A stretch of DNA of 64,000 nt from Entomortierella parvispora E1425. Lineage: Eukaryota; Fungi; Mortierellomycota. Below are positions 24,320-36,040 of this stretch, piece after piece; position 1 is the stretch's first letter, and each line of letters starts with the position of its first letter. The notes beneath the pieces are model-generated. The model was not told the DNA's origin, searched no databases, and saw only the letters and a program-made list of their open reading frames with translations. The position numbers and the translations under genes are program-made. Where the stretch lies: the NCBI GenBank assembly GCA_020891255.1, contig BQFW01000004.1:124001-188000 (forward strand). Reading direction: 5' to 3'.

Positions 24320-27300
24320 CTACGGAGCAGGACCTCCACGCTGCTGGTATTGCTGCTGAGGTGGGTACTGCTGCTGCTGCTGATGTTGGAACTGGCCACT
24401 TTGTTGACGAGGGATTCCAAACTCGTCGAGGTCTGCAGAGGTATCATCAGAGTCATAAAACTCCTGAGTGGTTAGTGTTTTCTTGACCCAGATGATTGTC
24501 TCGCCATCGTGGACTTGTGGCAATGGGCCTGAGTAGCCAGCAGGGGTCTCGGTCACTGTGGTCGTGGCATTTGAAGAGACTTGGGCCTGGTTGACTGAGT
24601 AGGATGTCGACTGATGGGTGGTCGAGGCATCCATGCTTCCTGGAGTTTGGACCGAAGCATGAATTGGGGTCGTAGTTGTAGTTTGAACTGGGACGCTACC
24701 ACTGATCTGAGACCCAGGAGTGGTCGTGGTCGTGGTCCAAGTCCTATAGCCAGTCGTTGTTGTGCCAGTGGAGGGTTGCTGGGCGTGACCTTGCTGCTGA
24801 ACGGGCTGGTGGATCTGCTGCTGCGACTCTGCTTGTGGTGCGTAGTTCAAAGCGAGAGATGCTGCGACCGTTGGTGCAGATACATGTTGCTGGGGTTGAG
24901 CATGCGACTGCTGGTGAATCTGCTGCTGCTGCTGCTGCTGTTGAGATTGAGCGTGCGACTGCTGATTGATTTGTTGCTGTTGCTGCTGGGGTTGAACATG
25001 CGACTGGTGGTGGACCTGTTGCTGGGGCTGCTGGGGCTGAGCATTCGACTGCTGGGGGACCTGCTGCTGTTGCTGCTGGGGCTGAGCATCCGACAGCTGG
25101 TGGATCTGATGCTGCTGCTGCTGTTGCTGAGGTTGAGCACTCAACTGCTGGTGCTGATGATGGTGCTGACCTTGTGGGGAGGCTGGGTGAGCATCGTGAT
25201 ATTGCTGTGCATGCTCTCCGTATCCTTGAGAGGCAAGAGCAGAAGCCGAACCGATGCCAGAGAAAGCAGCGCCATGAGTCGATGGAACAGCTGACGATGG
25301 CTGGGGCTGGCCATAGCTGGAGACGCTCTGACTCGGCTGAGTAACATTATGAGTTGTTACAGGAGCTGTCGCGTGTACCTGAGTAGCGGTTGATGATACG
25401 TGTTGCTGCTGTTGTTGCTGCTGTTTCTCCATATGAAGCATATGACTGGTGCCGAGCGAGACCTCAGGCCCTAGAGGAAGAACTGAGATGGATTCCAACT
25501 TCCTATTCAAGATGGTGCCGCCAGCTGTGCTGTGCCCAACTGAGGTACCAGCGGGTGAGTCGTGGTGTTCTTGGGGGTGTTCAGGTACCAAGCCAGTCAT
25601 ATCTCGAAGATTGTGATCGCCGAGATGCACGCCAGCAACCGAACTCATAGCCATTGGAGCGTGCGACTGTGATGGAACATGACTGACTGGGGCATGGCTG
25701 GCAGGGGCATGACTCTGAGATGGGCCAGAAGTCTCTTCATGCTCTGTAGAGTGCAAGGAGAAGGTATCATTGTCGGTAGTTCATGTCAGTGACCAGAGAG
25801 GGGTAATCGTTTACAAATATCAAAAATGACATATCCACTTACGGCCGTAGTAAGCATCTCCACGATGATGACCAAGGTTCATGGGTACTGGCATTGCGCG
25901 TGCTGAGGAATTGGGCGCGTGGGTTGAGATGTGGGTGGACCCAGTTTCTAAGAGTTTTACAGCAATCACACAGGAATGGATACAGTTAATACGAGCACTC
26001 TACAAAAAAAAGATTGGATCTTCAACTTACGGCCGTAGTACGACTCCCCACGTGGACTGTAGGTGTCACCGTGAGGAACAGGAGCAGGAGCGTGCGTGTG
26101 TGACTGATTCTGTGGTTGCTGGTGCTGGTGCTGAGGCTGGTGATGTGGCTGGCGATGTGGCTGGTGCTGCTGGGCATGGTGCTGCGACTCTGGCAAAAGG
26201 TCGGCCATATGAGGGAGGTGAACATTACCGAGCATGGCTCTAACGCCTACAACACCAGAAGCAATCGCGGCAGCCGCACTCTCGGCTACAGTTTCAGCCA
26301 TCTCTGCCGCAGATTCGGCCATCGCCACGGCCGTTTCTGTGATGGTCGGGTGCAAATCATGATGTGGGTGCAATTCTGAAGCCTGAACCTCGCGTGCATC
26401 AACTACGTGCGAAGGATGGGCGGGATTCTGGTGAGGATGACCCTCATCCGAACGAGGGTAGGAGCCATCTTCCTCTGGATACAATCCTAGTTTGGCTTGT
26501 GGGTGCTTCAATCCAACGGCCTTGGAGTGGTTGTAAGAGTGTTCACGAGCTTGGTGAATTGGGGCAGCATGCTGAGAGTGAGGAACGTAGACTGCTGCAG
26601 AGGTATGGGGAGCGGCATGTTGATCGCCGCGATGCAATGACCGAGAACCTCCCTGTCCTGATAATGTTGAACCGACGGGCAGCTCAGTGACATTCATGAC
26701 GCTCTTTGGATGATCTGGGTTCTCATGGTGAGAAACTTCCCCTCGAGAATAATACTCGGACTCTTCGGGATAGAGTCCTGCATGACTCTTGGTCATCGAG
26801 GAAGAATGGACCGCGTGAGGCTGAGGTGCCACTGGACGGCTGCGTCTGCCACTTTGCTGAGGCACCACTGCGAGGGTGGGTGCGCTCAAGTGAGCTGCAT
26901 GCACTCGGCGCTGCGTCTGATGATGTTGCTGCTGCTCATGATGGTCATAGTGCTGCTGCTGTTCACGCTGGTCATACCGCTGTTGCTGGTGCTGCTGGTC
27001 ATAGCGCTGCTGCTGATGCTGCTGGTCATAGCGCTGTTGCTGGTGCTGCTGGTCATAGCGCTGTTGATGGTACTGCTGGTCATAGCGCTGTTGCTGATAC
27101 TGCTGGTCATGGCGCTGTCGCTGATTCTGCTGGTCATAGCGCTGTTGCTGGTACTGCTGGTCATAACGCTGTTGCTGGTGCTGCCGCCCATGTTGGCTGT
27201 GGTGCTGCTCAGAGTTGCTGGGATACTGCTGTGACTGGTCGTGTCGGAACAGACGAGAGGATAACTGATGATATCCCACACCAGCAGAGTCTTCATGAGC

Positions 27301-30300
27301 GTATCCAGAGCTTGAGCCTTGGTGAGGGAGAGACATTGGTGAAGAATCTGCGTAAGAGCTGATGTGGCGAGAACCACGCGAAGCATGAGAGTCATGAGCC
27401 CCCTGGTGACGCGAAGGATGATAAGGGATCTCAATGACATCCATGTAAGAGTGAGGGTAGCTTGGGTTCTCATGCTCAACAGGACCACCGCGGGGATAGG
27501 AGGGATCTTCCTCAGGGAACAACGTCAAGTCGGCACTAGGACGCTTCAAGGTCACTGCTTTCGAGCGTCCATGCTGCAAAGAGTGTCCAGCTGCAGAAGA
27601 GTGACCATGAGCCGAGGCATTGCGGCTATGAGCTTTGCTCTCGTCGTATATAGCATGGGCTACCAAGGATGGCACGTGCAAAGTAGCCCCGACGATAGAA
27701 TGGACACCGTTCAAGGCAGTTCCAGCCAAGGGTAGACCTTTGGATGAACTCTGCTGCGAATAGGATGCAGGTTCGACAAATAACTCATTCAGGTGAAAAT
27801 CGGGAGTAGAATCAGGTCGACTTCCAAAGGCAGATCGCACAGTGTCAGTCGTACTTAAGCGACGAGGAGCCTCACGAGAAATGGATTGTCCTTTCTCCCT
27901 CTTCGCCTCCTTCTTCATTTGCCTGTTGTTTGGTGTGTTGACATGACCAGAGTGAGAATGGACTCCATGTTGAGGGTTGTGATTCTCGACAGAGGCGTGG
28001 TGGTGATACAGATGGTCCTCGTTCTCGCGATGAACAATTGCAGCCGTCATGTAAGGGTTGACATGCTGGCGCAGAGGTGTGACACTAGAGTGCACTGGAC
28101 CGGTGTTTCCGAGAGAAGAACCGGATCCTTGCGACGAGTACGGATAAGACGCAGTATGCAAACCACCAGCATGCGAACCCTGCATATCTGGCATTGGTGG
28201 ATGGGTTGGCTCCTCATGGGGTCTTCCTAAGACTTGATGCGATCGCTCTTGATAAGAATCCTCGTGCAATGGAGCACGACCCAAAGGAGCCTGTTTGCGC
28301 CTCGAGTTGATATGAATGGAGGAAACTGGAGTGGAAGGGCCTGAGGCGTGACTAAGATGGCCTTCAGCTCTGGCGGCCTCTCTCATCTCGGATATGGAAA
28401 TTCCTGGAGGTTGATGAGTGCCGGCGCTTGAGGTTGGGGAATGGTACGCTTTGTGGATGGTCTCGTAGTGCATAGTCGTGTGCTCAACTCGGTCATGCTG
28501 AGCCTGAGCACGAGAGACAGCGGCATGGTAAACAGGGATATGTCGAGTAGAGCTTTCAGCGGCAACGGCACCAAAGGGGACGCCGCCATTCTCGTCCTCG
28601 AGATACTCGATCCGCCCTGTGTACCTGCTGTCTCGAGGAGGCTGATCGATACCAATTGTATTCTCCTGAGCCCTCTCCACATAGTCATCTGAGAGATAAC
28701 TCAAGTGAGAAATCTTCGATCCACCACTGCGGGATTGAGGGTAACCCGAATGGGAGTGACCATGGGTTTTGTGGATGAACTTTGAGGCGTCAAACACGTA
28801 TCCCTATTACACAATCGTTATTTGGTTAGAAGATTACTCAAGTGGGGGGTTTTTTTTCAGTTTTCGCCTCGGAACTTACATTGAAGTCGTCCTTTTGAGG
28901 ATGAGAAGACCTCGAGAAACTAGTCTTGCTTCCATGATGGACGTGACTCTCGTCATGGTCACTGCAGTAGTCATCGTCGCATCGGTGGCGATGGTGATCA
29001 TGATGATCTGCAGCATCCTGCTCATAACGGTAATGCTGTAGCTTGGTCTCATAACGAGCAGGAACATCATGGGCATGCCCAGAGATGGCCATTCTGTGGC
29101 TGCCATTTGTGCCGTGGTCGTCCTGTCCATGAGTTCCAATATGTCCAGTGAACGTGCATTGATGGCTATTACTCTCCCCTCCACCTGCCTGTTCGCCGAC
29201 ATAGAGAGCCCCAAGATTAAGTTCGGGTGAACCTGAAGAATCTTGGCGGTGAGATGCACGGATCACATTATGTCGTGGATGCGTTGGCGCGTGTCGTTGA
29301 TGACTTTGATGTGGCTGAGAGCGACTCTGATTCGATGCACGGTTTGATGAACGGTTCTAGACACAAAGAATGATTTCGTTAGACGTTTTCGCGGTTTGCC
29401 AGCTCTATCCACATGCAACATGTACTCACCAGACTCTGCCCTTGACGGTGACCAGTATGCTTGACGGCCTCTGCATATGTAAAGGAGCCAAAATGGCTGG
29501 ATCCTGGGGCTTTATCGAAAAATGCCCCAATGTTCAACTGAGGCGAATCGGACTCGTACTGCGATGCATCTCCACGAGCCCAACCTTGACTGGAAGAATG
29601 AGCGGGCTGCCCATAATGAACGTGACTCTCATCATGATCGCTGCAATACTCATCGTCGCATTGGTGGCGATGATGGTTGTGGTGGTCAGTTGGGTCATGT
29701 TCATAATGACGGTGCGAGATCTTGTAGCGATCACGATGATCTGGAACGGCAATGGCATGATGACCGTGAGAGTCTCCCCGGTGTATATTCAGTACGTGTT
29801 GGTCGACTTCAACATTTCGTTGTTGCTGAGGCATATGGTAGTACAAGTTGTTGCTGTCGTAGTTTGCACCATGAGGATAGGGGTGTCCTTTGGCATCGTA
29901 GCCCAGTTGCTTTTCATGTACAGGGTGATGATGCGCATGAGGATCTTCATTCTCGCGTATGTCAATGTCATAGTCAAAGTGCTTTTCTGCCGGTCGAAGA
30001 CTATGAGCGGGCTTGTGACCATGGTGACCAACGCTTCTGTCCTTGTGCTCGTGTGCGTCCTCATGTTGGGCTGGCTCATGTCCACTATGGGCACGGTTGC
30101 CTGTGCGCTCCGTCTCAGTGGAGAGCGATCCAAGGTTCATTTCGGGAGAGTGATCATGGTGGTCCGCTGGGTCCTGACTGTGATGGTCATGGGTGATTTT
30201 GTAAGAGTCTCGGTTGTCTGGCACATCAATGGCATGATGACCATGGGAATTTCCTCGCATCTTGTTATGCAGCTGCTCTTCCCTATGGAGCGAGTCCTCG

Positions 30301-33300
30301 TCGTACTCATACGACTCCGACTCTTGTTGGTGCGATTTCGATCTGCTTGGAGTCTCTTTGAACAGTGGTCCAAGATTCAACTCTGTAGAATCGGTCGAGG
30401 CACGGGAGTGCTGAGAACGAACATGATGAAGGATAATAAACGCGTAAATATCAATAGGACCTATCAATTTTAGATGCTAGAAGACAATTGATGCAACATA
30501 CCTTCGCAGGAGTGCCATGATGGTCGTTCTTCACAGCAGCGGAATAGGTGAAGGCCTTAGATACCGAATGTGGTGCTGTGGCCTTGTGTGGAATCCATCT
30601 CGATTGCCTGTTCTCTTGGAAGACAGAACCCAGACTCACATCTGGAGACCTCTGTGATGCATGAGAGTGACGCGATTGCAAGTCGAATCTCTGAGCCTGG
30701 GTGCTGTATGTCATTCGACCACGCCCGCCTTGGATGCCTTGAGGGTAATGGATATGGCTGTCATCATGGTCACTGCAATCTTCATCGTCACACTGGTGAC
30801 GGTGGTGATCATGATGATCGGTAGGATCATGATCGTAATGATGATGGGCAATCTTGTAATGGTCTCTATTATCAGGAACAGCAATAGCATGATGGCCACG
30901 ATCGGGATGTGCAGCTTGTTGATGGGTCTTGTTGGGCTCGACAGAATGTGAAACAAGAGCCTTTGGCGCTGGGCTAACTTTCGAAGAATACTCGTGGCTG
31001 ACATGACGGGCCGCGTGTGAAGCGTGATGATGAGCATGAACATCTTCGCTTTCGCGCAAGTTTGTGTCATAATCCCAATGCTTGTCGACAGGAGCCGGTG
31101 CATAGGCAGGCTTGTGGCCACGGTGACCCACACTTCTGTTCAAATGCTGATTGTGCTCGTCCTCCTCGTCATGATGCATCAGCCGCTGCGAGTGAGCTGA
31201 TCTTGCTGGGGCTTGAGAATGGTGGGTGCCAGTAGGATGGACCAGATGGGCTGGCGCACTGAGTGGATCAACGTGGTGCTGCTGAGAAGAGGCCTTCTGG
31301 CTCTTCTTTCCTGGGCCACCTGAAGAATCCATATCGGTGAACAAGGTACCCTGGCTCAACTCCTCTCGGCGTGCGTGATGAGCATGGACGGCAGCGTGCG
31401 ACTTGTGAATAGCAGTGTGTTGCTGTTGATGGTGCTGCCGCTGCTGCCGCTGCTGCTGCTTGGCCTTGGTGGCGTGAACACTGACATGGTGGTGGTGCGA
31501 AGACTCGTAGTCAGGATGCTCGGAGCGCGCCATATCGTCAAACTGGTGAGTCGGTTTATGGCCGCGGTGACCGAGACTTCGATCCAAGTGCTCGCGGTGC
31601 TCGCCATCTTGATGGTGGTACATACCTCGTCCTCCCTTCGAATTTGTAGATGAAGGCGGATTGAGGAGAAGAGATCCCAAGTTCATAAAAGGCGCGTTGA
31701 AATGATCTTCATGTGGTGAGAACTCATTATCCGAGTCGAAAACATCATCAAACAGGGCGGACTCTCGGCGCCTTTGACTTCCACCGCTGCTCGCCTTCTG
31801 ATCGTACTGGTGGCCCTGAAGAGTGGGAGGAGTAGCAGATCCATGCTTCTGCTGCTCAGAGTGCGCCATATCGCCAAACTGGTAAGTCGGTTTATGGCCG
31901 CGGTGACCGACACCTCGATCCAAGTGCTCGCGATGCCTGTCATCTTCATGGTGGTACATACCTCGTCCTCCCTTCGAATATATAGATGAAGGCGAATTGA
32001 GGAGAAGAGATCCCAAATTCATAAAAGGCGCGTTGAAATGATTTTCATGTGGTGAGAACTCATGATCCGAGTCGAAAACATCATCAAACAGGGCGGACTC
32101 TCGGCGCCTTTGACTTCCACCGCTGCTCGCCTTCTGATCGTACTGGTGGCCCTGAAGAGTGGCATGAGTAGCAGACCCATGCTTCTGCTGTGTAGCTGGA
32201 TGAATCGAGTGGGCTGGGGCATTGAAGGCGCCATTGTGATGGCTGCTAGCGCGTGCACTGAATTGTTTCTTGCTGGCATTCAGCTCTGGGGATTCCTCAC
32301 GAGTGTGACGAGCGTGAGTCGATCGAAGAATGGCACGCCGATGATGCTCTGGGGCTGCAGCTAGATGACGATGGGGCGACACATATCCTTCGGGATGGAA
32401 GTGCTGGTGACTACCGTCATGGTCGGTACAATATTCATCATCACATTGGTGTCTGTGATGATTATGATGGTCCCAAGGCTCGCCATGCTCGTAATGTTTG
32501 ATTTTGACCGGTCGGTGTGCAGGAACAGCAATTGCATGATGTCCATGTGAATTTCCTCGTCTCTTGTTGACCAAATGTTGCTCCAAATGTCGCTGTTCTA
32601 CCTCCATATCCAGGTGCTGGTCAACATGGTAGTGGCCTTGATTTTTCCTTCCCTTCTGCTCCTTGAGCATGACTTCCAGATGAAGAGCCGGGAAGTTTTT
32701 AGCAGGATGAGAATGCTTGGGGTGAAAAGCGGCTTCGTGACCTTGAGAATTCCTGTGGGTGGGGACGTGGACTCGATCATGTTCTCTGCTTTGGATGAGA
32801 TGTGCTGCCTTCGCAGCGGTTGTTTGAGAACCTGAACCGTGCGACTTTGCTCCACTACCAGATGCTGAGGCGTGTTGACTCACAGAATGAATCAAGTGGG
32901 CAGGAGCACTGAATGGCTCGGCCTCATGGGAGGCATGGCTTAGGGAAGACTTGGCCGACTTCTGCTTGGATGCCTTTTGGGTCCCATTTTGAGTCTCTGC
33001 AAAGAGAGACCCGGCTTCAAGTTCTGGAGATGCGGTCCTGACATTGCCTTGCGAGTGCTTGATAGCCGTAGGTCGATCGGAAGATTCTGCCATTGAGCTG
33101 GTCTTGCCGCCTTTGCCTTGAACTTGCCAGCTGTCGTAGGCGCCCGTGGATTTGTGCGTTTGAGCCGAGTAGATCAGGACAGGATGGTGGAATTCATGTT
33201 GATGGTGAATAGGCTCCTTTTGTCCGGCATTTGCGCTACTTTGCCTGGGCTTTGAAGCCTGGCTGCCAGTAGGCTCCTTGGATAACTGGTCCAAGTGCAT

Positions 33301-35036
33301 CTCTGGGGTTGCCATGCCAGACGTGTGATGAGGATGGCTGGCATGGACAGCTGCATGGGACTTGTGGATCGCAGACTGAGATTGATGTATACCATGAGAA
33401 TAGCTGCTGGTCTTATCAGAGAGATGCTCGTGGCTATCGTCATGGTCACTGCAGTAGTCATTGTCGCACTGGTGACGATGATGATCGTGGTGGTCGGTTG
33501 GATCGTGTTCATAGTGATGATGATGGATCTTGTAATGGTCTCGGTTATGAGGCACGGCATGGGCATGGCCCTCCAAGGCGCGATGACTGTGGCTCTGCTG
33601 TCCTTGATGGGAGATACGGGTGCGCTTCTTTTTTCCGCTCACAATTGACCAACCTTGATCGTCATCCGTCAAAAGATGTGAGCCGCCATGGTCCTTGTGT
33701 GATGAAGAGCCAGCAGGATGGGTGAGATGAGCAGGGGTGTTGAAAGGATCGGCGAGATGCTGGGAAGCGGCCTTCTGACTCTTCTTTCCTGAGCCACCTG
33801 AAGGATTCATATCGATGCCCAAGGTACCCGGGTTCAACTCTGGCGACTCTTCTCGGCGAGCGTGATGAGCATGGATGGCAGCGTGCGACTTGTGAACATC
33901 ACTGTATTGCTGCTGCTGGTTGTTTTGCTGTTGATACTGCTGTTGTTGATACTGCTGTTGTTGATACTGTTGCTGCTGCTGGTGCTGAGGTTTGGCCTTG
34001 GCGGAATGAACACTGACATGGTGGCTGTGCGAAGAGTCGTAGTCAGAATGCTCAGAGTGCGCCATATCGTCAACCTGGTGAGCCGGTTGATGTACGCGGC
34101 GGCCAACACTTTGGTCCAAGTGCTCGTGGTGCTCGTCATCCTCATCATAATGCACCGGCCGCTGAGAACGAGGTGATCTTGGGGCCTGAGTTTGATGCCA
34201 TCCAGCCTGATGAATCAAATGAACAGGGGCGTTGAAAGTGTCGACAACGTGGCGATGTTTCGATGCTGAGGTAGTCTTCATAGCAGATGCGCGTCCTGAA
34301 CTGGCGGAGGGAGTGTCGGGGAACAGAGTGCCCAAGTTGAGTTCGGACGAGTAATCGCGCTCATAGTTCTGAGATGATCTCACTGCTGAATGTCTAGCGT
34401 GCACTGGAGTTTGGTGCTGCTGCTGCTGCTGACGATGATGATGAGAATGCTGACCGGCATTATAGAGATGTTCATGGCTATCGTCATGATCACTGCAGTC
34501 TTCGTCATCGCATTGGTGGCGATGATGGTCATGGTGATCCGTCGGGTCGTGCTCGTAGTGTTGGTGTGCAATCTTGTACGAGTCTCTGTTGTCAGGGACA
34601 GCGCGTGCATGGTGTCCGTGGGAGTCTACTGAGTTCGATGAGGCTCCGCGCGATGCCTGTGACAACGGCAACTTGGCAGTCGAGTGCGATTCCTTGAGAT
34701 GGGCGTTTGCACCATGAGTCTGAAGAGCTGGGGCGTTGAAAGGTTGAGCAGAGCGAATGGTGTCCTTCTGTCCCGCATTTCCCCCACGCTGCTCCATGTT
34801 TGAAGACCGGCCGCTGTTAGGCTCAATAAACAACTGGTCCAAATGCCTCTCGGGGGTGGCAACTCCTGAGGTGTGGTGGACATGGCCAGCCGCGTGAATA
34901 TGAGATCCACCACGTTTCTGGCGAACTGTCGGCTTTGCAAAGAAGGATGGGTTGATGTCAAAGGTGGATGAACTGCGAGTATAGGCAATGGGCACCAGTA
35001 GTTTAGTCTCTGTTTGCCTTTTCTTCTCCCCATTGG

Positions 35037-35067
<31 letters not shown>

Positions 35068-36040
35068 CTGTCCGAATGAGAATGCGATGGTCCAGAATAA
35101 TGAAAAGACTCGGAGTGGTACGAAGACTCGGAGTGCCTGCTGGTAGAGAGATTCTGATGCAAATTCTTTTGGCCATGAACTCCATAGCTTGCAGACGAGG
35201 AACTATATGAAGCGATCATTAGTCCCATAGTCCCATGCAACAAACTGTTTCTGTTTCTTTCAAAGGATAAAGCACTTACGAGGCTCTATGGGCGCCACTG
35301 GCTGACGACGATGCTCCGGATTGCATTTTCGAATGAACACTATCATTCAAAACAATGGTGATTAAATACAGTATAATACCAAGACATGCCAAGAGACTGC
35401 ATAAATAGATATACGCTTCACTTACGACTTTGTATGCGAGGTCAAGGGCTGGAAATCTTCGTCACGGTAAACAAACTCCTTGGGCTGAGCGTGGGACTCG
35501 GCATGGGTGTCTGAACTGCCACCAAATTCAAGGACAGTCGTGGAGGAGTTGCGGCGACCACCCATCGAGCTAAAGATAGTCAACGAGGGTCGGTTGATCC
35601 CAACATGCACACGATGATCTAGGTGCTGATGCAGATGGTTGATTGGCCCTTCGTTTTTCCTGCCAGCGACGATCTCTTGGACGACAACTTTGTCTACAAA
35701 TCGATTATTTTTTTGTTCAAAAAGATGAAGGTTAAGAACATGAGCGAGAACGCTCTATGTTGAAGTCAACTGGCCAAGGTTCCATACCAAGAGGGAGATC
35801 AAACTCGGTTCCATCGACCGAAACGGCTTTCACTGGCGCTTTGGAGCTCTTCGGCTTACCGCCACCAAACTCTTCGGAGGCGACTCGGAACTCGTAGCGT
35901 TCGTCAGGTCGCACAGCGACAACGCGCATGGCGGTTGCCCCGGCAACGACAAACCCCTGGGTTGAGTCCATGGCAGAATCGTCATCGCCTCTCGACCGCC
36001 CACGGGAAGACTTTTTGGCGTCGTTGGTGTTGCTATTCAT
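24320..36040 (-). CDS. Giant His/Gln/Ser-rich modular repeat protein of unknown function, ~3,648 aa; exons 36040-35788, 35693-35426, 35339-35280, 35202-35068, 34972-30502, 30410-29430, 29356-28880, 28803-26031, 25947-25843, 25743-24320
   Basis: Nine GT-AG introns, mostly with recognisable branch-like motifs, join the separate ORFs without a frame break (10,947 nt = 3,649 codons including stop). The same repeat modules recur across exons. Confidence 0.8.
26943..27185 (-). repeat. 27-bp coding minisatellite, about 9 units, encoding Q(H/Y)QQQRYDQ
   Basis: GGTCAT recurs on the + strand every 27 nt from 26943 to 27159. Confidence 0.9.
31523..32194 (-). repeat. Direct tandem duplication of a 336-bp (112-aa) unit inside the giant gene
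   Basis: Matching strings at offset 336 (for example ATCGTACTGG at 31801 and 32137). The protein repeats SGGSQRRRESALFDDVFDSD...FNAPFMNLGSLLLN twice. Confidence 0.9.

Noticed and set aside
26943-27185. CRISPR-like regular repeat
   Set aside because: Contiguous 27-nt coding units with no unique spacers, in a eukaryotic exon.
26706-30473. Plus-strand ORFs with AVAGAAGHS or very hydrophobic Val/Met/Leu repeats that look like membrane or structural proteins
   Set aside because: They are reverse-complement readings of the His/Gln/Asp codon repeats of the giant gene. All splice signals are on the minus strand.
24320-36040. Identity with Gellin wound-gelation proteins or Leashin
   Set aside because: Gellins are built of folded beta-barrel repeats and Leashin is an ascomycete Woronin-body tether. 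The repeats here are polar, His-rich and apparently disordered, so only a functional analogy is possible.
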